Shown here: piece by piece, positions 31,292-42,834 of the stretch | Numbering within the stretch: position 1 is the first letter of the stretch | How the letters are laid out: every line of letters begins with the position of its first letter | NCBI GenBank assembly: GCA_963720755.1 | Contig: CAVRGP010000002.1 | Location: 320,001 to 384,000 of the forward strand | Direction of reading: 5' to 3' | Length of the DNA: 64,000 nt | From: an uncultured Chloroflexia bacterium | Lineage (GTDB): Bacteria; Chloroflexota; Limnocylindria; Limnocylindrales; CSP1-4 | Position numbers and translations under genes: made by a program | The notes under the pieces: generated by a model | Databases searched by the model: none | The model's input: the letters and a program-made list of their open reading frames with translations, nothing else | What the model was told of the DNA's origin: nothing

Positions 31292-32100
31292 TCAGCGACC
31301 GCCGCGGCCGGAGCCGGAGAACATCGAGCCGGAAAGCACCGAGGGCAGCGGTTCCCGGACGGGATCCGGGGCTCCCGCTTGGCCGCCCTCGTCATGGATG
31401 ACGCGGATCGCGGTGGATGACTCGGCGACGATCTCCCGCATGGCCTGTTCGGCGCCGGCGGGGTCCCGGGACTGGATGCAGGAAGCGACGGACGCCGTGC
31501 AGCCGGACCGCCTCGGGTTCGGCGACCCTGGGCATCAGCGAATGGCGGGTGCGGCCGGCCAACACCTCGACCACGACGTCGGCCAATCCGGCCAGCATCG
31601 GGTTGCCGGAGGCGAGCAGCAGCACCCGGTGAAAATCCGAGTCGTGGGACAGGTAGGACCCGGCGTTGGCCGAGCGGGCGGTCGACGGACATCCCGATCA
31701 CGGCGGCGGTGAGGGCACCGCACTGCTCCGGGGTGGCGTTGTCGGCGGCCAGGCGGGCCGCCAGCGGTTCGATGGCAGACCGCAGTTCACTGAGCGACTG
31801 CAGGTGACGGAGCCGGTCCGGGCCGGCCAGTCGCCAGCGAATGATGTTGAGGTCGAACGGGTTCCACTTCTCCGGCGGCAGCACGGTGATGCCGACCCGG
31901 CGGCGCACGGTGATCAGGCCCATCGAGTCCAGCACCCGGACGGCCTCCCGGATCACGGTGCGGGAGACGCCGAGCTGGGTGGCGGCGTCATCGGCGATGA
32001 TGCGGGTGCCCGGCGGAAGTGCCCCGGAAACGATGTCCCATCCCCACCGCTGCACCACCGAATCGTGCAGCTGCTGCTGCGGTGGCGGTTCGTCGTCCAT
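31292..32100 (-). CDS. FadR/GntR family regulator (frameshifts near 31682 and 31490)
   Basis: LGVSRTVIREAVRVLDSMGL and ELRSAIEP. The FCD segment HDSDFHRVLLLASGNPML lies in another frame. Confidence 0.88.
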
Positions 32101-32509
32101 GGTTTGCAGTATGCCCGACGATCGCAAAGACGTCCCATGTGTAATGGAGTTCTGTAGCCAATCGTATGGTTTATGGCTGGAGCTGCGCGGTACTGCCCTG
32201 ACCCGGGCTGCTGCGCTGACCCGGCCGGCGGCGCTTCGTAGCGTTGGCACCACCCTCGGCGCACCTCTCGGTGCCCGTCTGGTTTGGTCGCACCCGAACA
32301 GTGCATCCATCTGGGTGAAACATAGTATTTATGACGGCAACATCTTGCAATCATGATTTACATGCACCACTCTCATATATGTCATATCCACAGGAGTGAG
32401 TCGGCCTTTCCTGGGTACCCACACATCACGGACGTGACATCGGCGCAGCCAGCGCCGCCCTGCTCGGCACCGGGCAGGTACCCACACCAGCTCCAATGAC
32501 GGAGGCTCG

Positions 32510-33892
32510 ATGGTCCCCGATGACTGGTCGCAGACGCTGACTGCGACCCCACTCCTGCTGATCGCCGCCGCGGCGATCGCCCTGCTGCTGTTCCTGATCA
32601 TCACGCTGCGGCTGCACGCTTTCCTGGCGTTGATCCTGGTCAGCTTCCTCACCGCGATGGCCACGGGCATTCCGTTCGGATCGATCGTGCCGGTACTCAC
32701 CACCGGTTTCGGCAACACCCTGGGAACCGTCGCGTTGCTCGTCGGGCTGGGCGCGATGCTCGGCCGACTGGTCGAAACCAGCGGTGGCGCAAAGGTTGTC
32801 GCGGACACCCTGATTCGGGCGTTCGGGGAGAAGCGGGCCCCGCTCGCGCTCGGCGTCGCCTCGCTGATGTTCGGCTTCCCGATCTTCTTCGACGCCGGCC
32901 TGGTCGTGATGCTGCCGGTCGTGTTCTCGGTGGCACGTCGACTCGGTGGGGGTGTGCTGCTGTACGGCCTGCCGGTGGCCGGTGCGTTCTCCGTCATGCA
33001 CGTCTTCGTTCCGCCGCACCCGGGTCCGGTCGCGGCCACCGAGCTGCTCGGCGCCAACGTCGGCATTGTCATCGCCGTCGGTCTGCTGGTCGCCATCCCG
33101 ACCTGGTACTTCGCCGCCTACCTGTTCGGCGTCTGGGCCGGCAAGAAATTCGTGCTGCCGGTTCCGGAGCTGCTCGGTTCCGCTGACGACGAGGACGTCG
33201 AGGACCCGCCCGCCTTCCGCACCGTCGTCCTGCTCCTGCTGCTGCCGCTCGTGCTGATCTTCATCAACACCGGGTTGGACATGGCGGCGGCGGCCGGACT
33301 GGTCAGCCGGGACGACACCTGGGTCTCCGTGCTGCGTGCCATCGGCACCACCCCGATCGCGCTGCTGATCGCGGTGCTCGTCGCCGCGTTCGTGCTCGGC
33401 ACCCGGCGCGGCAAGGACAAGACCGCCCTGGAGAAGACGCTCGACTCCGCGCTCGGGCCGGTCTGTTCGGTCATCCTGATCACCGGTGCCGGTGGCATGT
33501 TCGGCGCCGTGCTGCGGGCCTCCGGCATCGGCGACGCTCTCGCCGAGGTGCTGGACGGCATCGGCCTGCCGGTCATCGTGGCCGGGTTCGTCATCGCCCT
33601 GGTACTGCGGGTGGCGCAGGGTTCGGCCACCGTCGCACTGATCACCGCCGCCGGTCTGATCCAGCCCGCCGTGGACGCGGCCGGCCTCAACGGGGTGCAA
33701 CTCGCCGCTGTGGTGCTCGCCGTCGCCGCCGGCTCGGTCTGCCTGAGCCACGTCAACGACTCCGGGTTCTGGCTGGTGGGACGATTCTTCGGGATGGACG
33801 TCAAGACCACCCTGAAGACCTGGACCGTGATGGAGACCGGCATCGGTGTACTGGCCTTCGGTCTTGCCTCGCTGATCTTCGTGATTGCCTGA
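32510..33892 (+). CDS. gntP: GntP family gluconate:H+ symporter
   Basis: LHAFLAL, FGFPIFFDAG, HVFVPPHPGP, QGSATVA and SHVNDSGFW. Confidence 0.92.
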   Translation: MVPDDWSQTLTATPLLLIAAAAIALLLFLIITLRLHAFLALILVSFLTAMATGIPFGSIVPVLTTGFGNTLGTVALLVGLGAMLGRLVETSGGAKVVADTLIRAFGEKRAPLALGVASLMFGFPIFFDAGLVVMLPVVFSVARRLGGGVLLYGLPVAGAFSVMHVFVPPHPGPVAATELLGANVGIVIAVGLLVAIPTWYFAAYLFGVWAGKKFVLPVPELLGSADDEDVEDPPAFRTVVLLLLLPLVLIFINTGLDMAAAAGLVSRDDTWVSVLRAIGTTPIALLIAVLVAAFVLGTRRGKDKTALEKTLDSALGPVCSVILITGAGGMFGAVLRASGIGDALAEVLDGIGLPVIVAGFVIALVLRVAQGSATVALITAAGLIQPAVDAAGLNGVQLAAVVLAVAAGSVCLSHVNDSGFWLVGRFFGMDVKTTLKTWTVMETGIGVLAFGLASLIFVIA

Positions 33893-33988
33893 CCCGGTTG
33901 CCGGCCGGCCCTCACCCGGTCCGGCCGGCACCGTCCTGCACACCCGCTCGACCACTGCCGACCACTATCGCGATGTGAAGGAACACAG

Positions 33989-34667
33989 ATGGCAGACAAC
34001 GACGTCCCCCAGCAACCCGTCCTGGTCATCATGGGCGTCTCCGGGTGCGGGAAGTCCACCGTGGCGGGCATTCTCGCCGGCCAGCTCGGCTGGGACCTGG
34101 CCGAGGGAGACGACCTGCACCCGCCGGCCAATGTCGGCGAAGATGGCCGACGGAATCCCACTGACCGACGAGGACCGTTGGCCCTGGCTGGATCTGGTGG
34201 CCGACTGGATCTCCGATCACACCAGGGCCGGGATCCCCGGCGTCATCACCTGTTCGGCGCTGAAGAGGGTCTACCGCGACCGGATGCGCGGCGAGAACGT
34301 GGTGTTCGTGTACCTGGCCGGGAGCAAGGAGGTCATCCAGCGCCGGCTGTCGGCCCGGCTGGACCACTTCATGCCGACCACCCTGCTGGACTCCCAGCTC
34401 GCCACGCTGGAGCCGCCGGGGCCGGACGAGAACAGCCTGGTCGTCGACCTGGGGCGGTCACCCGCGCAGGAGGCGGCGGAGATCATCGTTCGACTTCGAC
34501 TGCGCGCCGAGAGCGGCTCCACCACCCTGGGCTCCCTCTACCCGGGGGCGTCCTCCGCCCCGGCACTGGGCGACCTGTGGGCGGACCAAGGATCGACACG
34601 AGCCCTGACGAACGGGCTCCCGGCCCCGCAGCGAGTGCTCGCTGCGGGGCCTCGGCCCATGATCTAG
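33989..34667 (+). CDS. gntK: Gluconokinase (frameshift near 34137)
   Basis: MGVSGCGKS and EGDDLHP, then PLTDEDRWPWL, CSALKR and HFMP..LLDSQ in the next frame. Confidence 0.92.
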
Positions 34668-35044
34668 GCGGTCTCGTCGGTGGGGGATGCCTCGGTCTCG
34701 TCCAGCACGCCGAGGGCAATCCCGTACGGCACGAACCGCACCCGGCGGTCGCTGTCGGTGTTGTGCTTGTTGGCCCGCAACGCGTCGAGCTCGCTGGCGA
34801 AGATCTGCTCGACCCGGGCGCCACCGTCCCCGTTCACGGTGTAGATCACCCACACGCCGTCACCGGTCTCGCCGGTCGTCGGCGGCTCCGGTGCCGGACG
34901 GGCGCGGCGGGTTGACCCGTCGAACTGCCCGGCGCCGTTCAACATGCGGCCGAGCTGTCCCAGCGCACCGCGCAGTTGGTCACCGGCTCCCGGGAAAAGG
35001 CGATCCAGGTCGTCCGGATCGAAATTGAAACCTTCGTTGGCCAC
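34664..35044 (-). CDS. Conserved actinobacterial protein (Rv0313-like)
   Basis: FDPDDLDR..GETGDGVWVIYTV..GGARVEQIFASELDALRANK..RRVRFVPYGIA. AGGAGG RBS before GTG. Confidence 0.8.
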   Translation of the reverse strand: MANEGFNFDPDDLDRLFPGAGDQLRGALGQLGRMLNGAGQFDGSTRRARPAPEPPTTGETGDGVWVIYTVNGDGGARVEQIFASELDALRANKHNTDSDRRVRFVPYGIALGVLDETEASPTDETA

Positions 35045-35296
35045 TGCGGTCCTCCTGCTGACATGAGCTGTGGTCGTACTCGATGAACCCAGTCTGCGCC
35101 TCCGCCGCACGGCACGACAACGATGCAGACCCTGATTCCGCACTGAGCGGAGTGAATCGGAAATCAGGGACAAACCCGATGTCTTTCGGGGTGGGCCGTG
35201 ACCTACCGTCATTGCCGATACCCACGCCGGTTCGCAGTGGCATCGGCCCGGTCCTGCTCGACAGGGCCAACGCGCAATCACCGCAGGAGAAACCAG

Positions 35297-36135
35297 ATGA
35301 CGCATGCCGCCCCCGATTCCGTGACCGCGCACCGGCGTCACGCCGACGCCGATCCGGTCCCGCCGCCGCCCGGGCCGTTGACCTGCGCAAGGTCTACGGC
35401 ATCGGGCGACACCCAGGTCGCCGCCCTCGACGGGGTCACCGTGGAGTTCTGGCCGCGGCCAGTTCACCGCCATCATGGGCCCGTCCGGGTCCGGCAAGTC
35501 GACCCTGATGCACTGCCTGGCGGCGCTGGACGACGCCACCTCCGGGCAGGTCTTCATCGGCGACGCCGACCTGACCGACGCTGGGCGACAAGGAGCTCAC
35601 CCGGATCCGCCGGGACCGGATCGGCTTCGTGTTCCAGTCGTTCAACCTGGTGCCGACGCTGACCGCGATCGAGAACATCACGCTGCCGATGGACATCGCC
35701 GGCCGCAAGCCCGACCAGGACTGGCTGGACACGGTGATCAAGACGGTCGGGCTGGGCGACCGGCTCGAGCCACAAGCCGAGCCAGCTGTCCGGCGGGCAG
35801 CAGCAGCGGGTGGCCTGCGCCCGGGCGCTGGCCGGCCGGCCGGACATCGTCTTCGCCGACGAGCCGACCGGCAACCTCGACTCGGTGGCCGGGCGCCGAG
35901 GTGCTCGGCTTCCTGCGCGGCTCGGTACGCGAGTTCGGCCAGACCGTCGTCATGGTCACCCACGACCCGGTCGCCGCCGGCTACGCCGACCGGGTGCTGT
36001 TCCTGGCCGACGGCCGGATCGTCGACGAGATGCTCGAGCCGACCGCCGACCGGGTGCTGGACCGGATGAAGGGCTTCGACACCGTCGGCCACTCCGGCGG
36101 CCCCGCGCAGCGACGCCGTCACCCCGGTGACCTGA
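35297..36135 (+). CDS. ABC transporter ATP-binding protein, LolD/MacB type (several frameshifts)
   Basis: [36 protein letters not shown] and MVTHD, spread over three frames. Confidence 0.88.
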
Positions 36136-36136
36136 G

Positions 36137-38697
36137 ATGTTCCGCGCAACGCTGAAAAGCCTGCTCGCGCACAAGCTCCGGATGGGGATGAGCGCGTTCG
36201 CGATCGTCCTCGGGCGTGGCCTTCGTGGCCGGCACGTTCGTCTTCACCGACACCCTGGGCAGCAGTTTCAACGATCTGTTCCGGCAGACCGCGCCGGACG
36301 TCACGGTGCGGCCCGGCGCAGGCCGCGGCCGCCGCCCGGCGGCTTCACCGGCGGCGACACCCGGACGGTGCCGGCCGATGTCGTCGACCAGCTCGCGGCG
36401 GTCGACGGGGTGCAGCGGGCCGACGGCAACGTCACCGACCAGGGCACCTTCATCATCGGCAAGGACGGCAAGGTCGTCGGCAGCGGCGGCGGCGCCCCCG
36501 GCATCGGCGGCAACTTCAACGATGCGCCCGGCCGCCGACGGAACCCGATCGTCACCATCACCCAGGGCGAGCCGCCCAGCGGGCCCGGACGAGGTCGTCA
36601 TCGACGACGCGTGCGGCCGCCAAGGCCGGCTTCCAGCTCGGGGACACCGTCCGGCTGGTCACCTCCGGTGCCCAGCCGTCGGTCACCGGCACGCTGGTCG
36701 GCACCGTCCGGTTCGGCGAGTCGGGCAACCTGATCGGCGCCACGCTGGCGCTGTTCGACACCGCCACGGCGCAGCAGCTCTACCTCGGCGGTGCCGACGC
36801 GTTCAACGACATCGCCGTCACCGGCGACGGTTCGCGGCCAACGCCGAGCTGCGCGGACGCGGTCGCCGCGGTGCTGCCCGCCGGATCTCGAGGCCGTTGA
36901 CGACGTCACCGTCGCCGACGAGAACTCCGACCAGCTGCAGCAGGGCCTGTCCTTCATCACCACGTTCCTGCTGGTCTTCGCGGCGGTCGCGCTGGTGGTC
37001 GGGACGTTCCTGATCCTCAACACCTTCTCGATCATCGTCGCGCAGCGGACCCGCGAACTCGCGCTGTTCCGCGCGCTCGGGCGCCTCCAAGGGCCAGGTG
37101 ACCCGGTCGGTGCTGCTCGAGGCGCTGGTGGTCGGCCTGGTCGGGTCGACCGTCGGCCTGGCCCTGGGCTTCGCGCTGGCGGCCGGGCTGCAAGGCGCTG
37201 TTCGGCGCCATCGGGCTCGACCTCGGCGCCGCCGGCCTGGTCTTCGAGCCCCGGACCGCCATCGCCGCCTACACCGTCGGGGTGCTGGTGACGCTGCTCG
37301 CCGCCTATCTGCCGGCCCGCAAGGCCGCCAAGGTGCCGCCGGTCGCGGCGATGCGGGACGACGTCTCGATCCCCGAGTCGTCGATGCGCCGGCGGCTGGT
37401 CGGCGGCGCCGCGCTGACGGCCGTCGGTGCCGGGCTGATGGTCTGGGCGCTGGCCTTCGACGGCGGGCTGCAGCCCCTCGGTGGCGGCGTGCTCGCCGTC
37501 TTCATCGGGGTGGCGCTGCTCAGCCCGGTGATCGGCCGCCCGATCGTGACGGTGATCGCCGGCGGCTTCCCCCGGCTGTTCGGCACGGTCGGGTTGCTGG
37601 CCAGGGAGAACGCCCGGCGCAACCCGCGGCGCACGGCCGCGACGGCGTCGGCGCTGATGATCGGGCTGGCCCTGGTCACCACGATGGCGATCCTGGGTCA
37701 GTCGACAAAGGCCAGCGTGGACGAGTTGGTCAGCTCCGACCTGAAGGCCGACTACATCGTGTCCAATGCGGTCCAGGCGCCGTTCTCCGCCGCCATCGCA
37801 CCGCAGATCGCCGCGTTGCCGGGGGTGTCGTCGGCGGTCCCGTTCCGCTTCAGCATCGTCGACAGTCGACGGTGAACAGAGCTTCGTCGCGGCCTTCGAT
37901 GCGGCTGGCGATGAGCCAGCTGGTGGCCATCACGGTCGAGTCGGGCAGTCTGGACACCGGCGACAACGGCGCCTGGTATCGACCACTCGTGCCGAGGCGA
38001 GCCGGTTGGACGGTCGGGGACCCGATGAGTGTCGGGCTGCCCGCCGGCCAGGTGCCCCTGACCATCGGCGGGATCATCGCGCCGAGCCAGCTGATCGGCG
38101 GTGACATCGTGTTGCCGCTCGCTGCGCTGGAGGCTGGTGGTGTCTCACCGGTCGACTCGACGGTCTACGTCGACCAGGGCGCCCGGTGCGGACTCCGCGC
38201 AGGTGCTCGCCGAGATCGACGGCGTGTTGGCCGATCTGCCGACCGTCACCGCCAAGGATCAGGGTGAGTTCGCCGCGGAACAACGGGCACCGATCGACCA
38301 GTTGCTGGCCATCATCTACGCCCTGCTGGGCCTGGCGGTGATCATCGCGGTACTGGGCATCATCAACACCCTGGCGCTGTCGGTGATCGAACGCACCCGC
38401 GAGGTGGGCCTGCTGCGCGCGGTCGGGATGAGCCGCCGGCAGCTGCGGTCGATGATCCGGCTGGAGTCGGTGGCGATCTCGGTGCTGGGCGCGGTGCTGG
38501 GCATCGGCCTGGGGTTGATCTTCGGGATCAGCCTGCAGCGGGCCATCTCCGGGCAGGGGATCAGTGTGCTGAGCGTGCCGGGGCTGCAATTGGTGATCTT
38601 CGTGCTGCTCGCCGGGGTGGTCGGCGTGCTGGCCGCGGTCTGGCCCGCCCGCCGCGCCGCGCGGATGGACGTGCTGCGGGCGATCACCGCCGAATAA
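36137..38697 (+). CDS. FtsX-like ABC permease with two permease units (many frameshifts)
   Basis: [75 protein letters not shown] and [11 protein letters not shown]. Confidence 0.88.
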
Positions 38698-38705
38698 CCC
38701 GCCCA

Positions 38706-38755
38706 CTGACCGGAAACGGACCCTTCCCGCACGGCGGAGGGTCCGTTTCGGTCAG
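38706..38755. terminator. Bidirectional terminator hairpin
   Basis: CTGACCGGAAACGGACCCTTCC...GGAGGGTCCGTTTCGGTCAG between convergent genes. Confidence 0.8.
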
Positions 38756-38769
38756 TCGAGCGGCGGGCG

Positions 38770-40215
38770 TCAGGCGTGCATGTCCTCCAACTGCTTGCCC
38801 TTGGTCTCCTCGATGAATTTGAGCACGAAGAAGAACGACAGCAGCGCGAACGCCGCGTACAGGCCGTAGGCCAGGCCGAGCCCGATGTCCTTGAGGGTCG
38901 GGAAGCTGACCGTGATGACCCAGTTGGCGACCCACTGGGCGCCCGCGGCCAGCGAGAGAGCAGCGGCGCGCATCCGGTTCGGGAACATCTCGCCGAGCAA
39001 CACCCACACAACGGGGCCCCAGGACATGCCGAACGCCACGACGAACAGATTGGCGGCCACCAGTGCGATATTGGCCGAGGCCGACCCGAACAGCGCGGTG
39101 CCGAGATCCGGGGTGCCGTCGACAACGGTGGCGGTGCCGAAGACGAGCGCCATCGTGCCAAGGGTGAGTGTCATACCCGCAGAACCGATGACCAGCAACG
39201 GTTTTCGACCTATGCGGTCGATGGTGGCGATCGCGATGAGGGTCGTCAAGATGTTGATCGTCGCCGAGATGACGGTGATGACGAAGGACTGATCCTCGGT
39301 GAAACCGACAGCCTCCCAAAGAATGTTCGAGTAGTAGAAGATCACGTTGATGCCGACGAACTGCTGGAAGACCGACAGCGCCAGGCCGATCCAGACGATC
39401 GTGGCGATCTTGCCGGTCGCCGGGACCTTGAGGTCCTGCCAGGACGGTTCCTGTTCCCGCTCCATGGACTTGCGGATTCGCTCGACCTTTTCGTCGATTT
39501 TCTTCGGTCCGAGCAGGCTGGTGAGGATTGCCTTCGCCTCGGGGACCCGGTGCTTGGCGATCAGGAATCGCGGCGACTCTGGGATGGTCAGCGCCAGCAA
39601 CCCGTAGGCAACGGCGGGGACCACCATCGCGATGAACATCCACCGCCAGGCCTCCAGGCCCAGCCACCAGTCCGCGCTGGAACTGCCGGCCACCGAGGCG
39701 ATGATGAAGTCCACCAGCAGCGAGATGAAGATGCCGGTGACGATCGCGAGTTGCTGCAGAGAGCCGAGTCGGCCGCGCAGCTTCGCAGGGGCGATCTCGG
39801 CGATGTACGCGGGTGCGATCACCGAGGCGATGCCGACACCGAGGCCGCCGACGATACGGAAGATGACCAATATCGTGAGGTTGGGCGCCAGACCGGTACC
39901 GAGGGCTGCGACGAAGAACAGGATCGCGGCGATTCGCATCACCATCAATCGGCCGATGCGGTCGGCGATCCGGCCCGCGATCAGCGCACCGGCAGCGGCG
40001 CCGAGCAGGGCCGACGCGACAGCGAAGCCAAGTGAGGCGGCATCTGCGTTGAACTGCGACTCGATCGCCGAGTTGGCGCCGTTGATCACCGCGCTGTCGT
40101 AGCCGAACAGGAACCCGCCCAGGGCCGCTACCGAGGCTATTCGGACAACGCCCTTGCCCTCGTCTGTGTCGTCATAGATCGATTCACCACTGAACGACGC
40201 GCCGTGCTCACCCAT
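38770..40215 (-). CDS. Sugar porter family MFS transporter (GlcP-like glucose permease)
   Basis: GGFLFGYDSAVING, GRLGSLQQLAIV, PESPR, QQFVGINVIFYY and ETKGKQLEDM. Confidence 0.9.
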   Translation of the reverse strand: MGEHGASFSGESIYDDTDEGKGVVRIASVAALGGFLFGYDSAVINGANSAIESQFNADAASLGFAVASALLGAAAGALIAGRIADRIGRLMVMRIAAILFFVAALGTGLAPNLTILVIFRIVGGLGVGIASVIAPAYIAEIAPAKLRGRLGSLQQLAIVTGIFISLLVDFIIASVAGSSSADWWLGLEAWRWMFIAMVVPAVAYGLLALTIPESPRFLIAKHRVPEAKAILTSLLGPKKIDEKVERIRKSMEREQEPSWQDLKVPATGKIATIVWIGLALSVFQQFVGINVIFYYSNILWEAVGFTEDQSFVITVISATINILTTLIAIATIDRIGRKPLLVIGSAGMTLTLGTMALVFGTATVVDGTPDLGTALFGSASANIALVAANLFVVAFGMSWGPVVWVLLGEMFPNRMRAAALSLAAGAQWVANWVITVSFPTLKDIGLGLAYGLYAAFALLSFFFVLKFIEETKGKQLEDMHA

Positions 40216-40443
40216 CGAAGTCCCCTTTCGCCGACGCTGGCCACGGGAGAGCATTCCACTCCTGCGGCCATTCGCATCTCGAAAGGGGAAATCAGTCCGA
40301 TGTTGACCCGTTTGCCCAGTTCACGGCGGGTGAACATGATCACGAAATGATCTCGACGGGAGGGGTTGAATCCATTCCCGAGCATGGAGCAGGCTACCCC
40401 CGGGGTGCGTCGGCGGCGGAACGGCCGTCGTTAGGGTGACCCG

Positions 40444-41455
40444 GTGACCGCAACGGACAGCGACGACATTCAGGTTCGCGTCGAAGGCCAGGCTCGGCCA
40501 CCTCACGCTGAACCGGCCACGGCAGCTGAATGCGCTGACCCATCAGATGGTGCACGCCGTGCTCGATGCGCTCGACCGCTGGCAGGACGACGAGCAGGTC
40601 AGCATGGTGTTGATCGATGGCGCCGGGGACCGCGGGCTGTGTGCCGGCGGCGACATCAAGTTGCTGCACGCCGGGATTGCCGGGCAGGCGGCCGACCCGG
40701 CGGTGTTCTGGATCGACGAATACCGGATGATCCGCCGGCTCGCGGGCTACCCGAAACCGGTGGTCGCGGTGATGTCCGGTCTGACGATGGGCGGCGGCGT
40801 CGGCATCTCCGGGCATTGCCGAATCCGGGTGGTCACCGAAACCTCCCGGATCGGTATGCCGGAAACGGCGATCGGGCTGAGTCCGGACGTCGGCGGGCTG
40901 TATCTGTTGGCGCGAGCGCCGGGCGAGGTGGGCACCCATGCCGCGTTGACCGGTGCCAGATTCGGCCCGACGGACGCGATCACCGCCGGGCTTGCCGACC
41001 TGTTCGTCCCGTCGGCGCAGCTGCCGAACATGATCGACCGACTGCGCCGCGGCGACTTGCCCGAGCAGCGGGAGGAACCACCGCAGGGTGAGTTCGACCC
41101 CCAACGCGGGTGGATCGACGAGTGTTACGCCGGCGATGACGTCGATGCGATGGCGGCAGCGCTGGCCGGGCACCCCGATCCGCGGGCCCGGGCAGCGGCG
41201 ACGACGCTCGCAAAGATGTCGCCGACGGCGGTGAAGGTGACGCTGCGGGCGCTGCGCAACGCCGTCGCCATGACCTTGACCGAGGTGCTCGAGCAGGACC
41301 TGTTGGTGGGCCGGCACTTCCTGGCCCATCCCGACCTGTCGGAAGGGATCCGAGCGCAGGTCATCGACAAGGACCGGCGGCCGAACTGGCGGCCACCCCG
41401 GCTCGATCAGGTGACCGACGCCGAGGTGGCAACCTTCTTCACGCCGCTGGCCTAG
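40444..41455 (+). CDS. 3-hydroxyisobutyryl-CoA hydrolase-like enoyl-CoA hydratase (frameshift near 40492)
   Basis: LTLNRP..LNAL, CAGGDI, MGGGVG, MPETAIG..PDVG, SPTAVKVT and EGIRAQVIDKD. Confidence 0.9.
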
Positions 41456-41488
41456 ATGCCGCTGCCCCCGGCTCCGCACCGGGCGCGG

Positions 41489-41869
41489 TTACGCGTCGGG
41501 TGCCGCGGTGAAGGTCGCGATCGGCCGGTCGGGATCGACGATGTAGGTCGAGAGCATCTGACCGACCTCCGGACCCAGATCGGTCGCGTTGTGCGGTGTT
41601 CCCGGCGGGATGAGAAAGCCGTCGCCGGCGTTCAGCGTCAGGGTTCGATGGCCTTCGATCTGCATTCGTACGGTGCCCTGCACGATGTACCCGACCTCTT
41701 CGCCGGGATGGGTGTGCCAGCCGGAACTGACGCCGACCGGGATTTCGGTGCGGACCTGCACGATCTCCCGGCCGGGGATCGAGGAATCGCTCCGCTGGAT
41801 CTCGGTGCGCTTGAGGGTCGCGGCCAGCGCGTCGCCGGTCCCCGTGGTGGTGGTGACACTCGTTGTCAT
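41489..41869 (-). CDS. Cupin domain protein
   Basis: WHTHPGEE and GDGFLIPPGTPH. ATGA overlap with the upstream hydrolase. Confidence 0.9.
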   Translation of the reverse strand: MTTSVTTTTGTGDALAATLKRTEIQRSDSSIPGREIVQVRTEIPVGVSSGWHTHPGEEVGYIVQGTVRMQIEGHRTLTLNAGDGFLIPPGTPHNATDLGPEVGQMLSTYIVDPDRPIATFTAAPDA

Positions 41870-42834
41870 GGTTGCCCTTTCGAAGTTTCAGTGGTGGTCG
41901 CAGTGCCGGTACCGACCGGGTGCCGCGGGATGAGCGCGATCAGTTCACGGGCGACTTCCGCTGGTAGGTCCTCGACCAGGAAGTGCGTCGCGTCGAGCCC
42001 GCGGCCTCGAACGTCGCCCGCCCACGGGCGCCACACGTCGAGCACGTCACCGTAGAAGCGCGGCAGTGCACCACCGGCGCTCCACAGCAGCAACAACGGG
42101 CAGGTGATCCGGCGGCGGCCGAGGTCGGCGTCGTCGTGCTCGCGGTCGATGGTGGCGCCGGCGCGGTAGTCCTCGCAGATCGCCTCGACCGTGGTGACGT
42201 CGTCCAGCAGGTCCCGGTAGGCGGCGAGCAACTCCGCCGGATAGCGGTCCTTCCGTTTCCCGATCCCCAGCGCCCGCACGTGGTAGTCGAAGAATGCGTC
42301 GGGATCGGCGCCGATGAGCCGCTCCGGGAGCGGTGCCGGCTGGGCGAGGAAGGACCAGTGCCAGTAGGTCAGCGCGAGGGAGGCGTCCGCCCGCGCCCAC
42401 ACCTCACCGGTGGGGACGACATCGAAGGCGGCTACGGCGCTCACCCGGTCCGGGTGGTCCAGGGCCATCCGGTAAGCCACCCGCCCACCGCGATCGTGGC
42501 CCGCCACCATGAACGATCGGTGACCCAGCGCGTCCATCAGCTGGATCAAGTCGTCGGCGATCGCCCGTTTGGAGTGCGGCGCGTGATCCGGCGCCGGGGT
42601 TGGCCGGAAAGACCCGCCGTACCCGGGAAGGTCGACGACCACCACGGTGAAATGCGCTACCAGCAGTTCCGCGGCGGCGTGCCACATGAGGTGGGTTTGC
42701 GGGTAACCGTGCAGCAGCAGAAGCGGGGGCCCCTGTCCGCCGACCCGGGCGTAGATGACACCCCGGCCGGTCGGCACCCGATAGTCCGCAAAATTCTCGA
42801 ACACGGTGCGGTCATCCCGCTTGCGGGGCGGCAT
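41866..42834 (-). CDS. Alpha/beta hydrolase, fluoroacetate/haloacetate dehalogenase type
   Basis: HGYPQTH, GHDRGGR, DVVPT, YWHWSFLAQ, CEDYRAGA and THFLVE. Start at 42834 or GTG 42804. Confidence 0.85.
   Translation of the reverse strand: MPPRKRDDRTVFENFADYRVPTGRGVIYARVGGQGPPLLLLHGYPQTHLMWHAAAELLVAHFTVVVVDLPGYGGSFRPTPAPDHAPHSKRAIADDLIQLMDALGHRSFMVAGHDRGGRVAYRMALDHPDRVSAVAAFDVVPTGEVWARADASLALTYWHWSFLAQPAPLPERLIGADPDAFFDYHVRALGIGKRKDRYPAELLAAYRDLLDDVTTVEAICEDYRAGATIDREHDDADLGRRRITCPLLLLWSAGGALPRFYGDVLDVWRPWAGDVRGRGLDATHFLVEDLPAEVARELIALIPRHPVGTGTATTTETSKGQP

Noticed and set aside
18636-31300. Genomic island integrated at tRNA-Phe
   Set aside because: Gene content looks accessory, but I found no integrase, transposase or convincing duplicated tRNA 3' end. 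A 13-bp match near 42959 lies inside a coding region.
35297-38697. ABC/FtsX exporter as a true pseudogene
   Set aside because: All motifs are intact and the defects I traced are single-base shifts, consistent with a low-quality consensus stretch.
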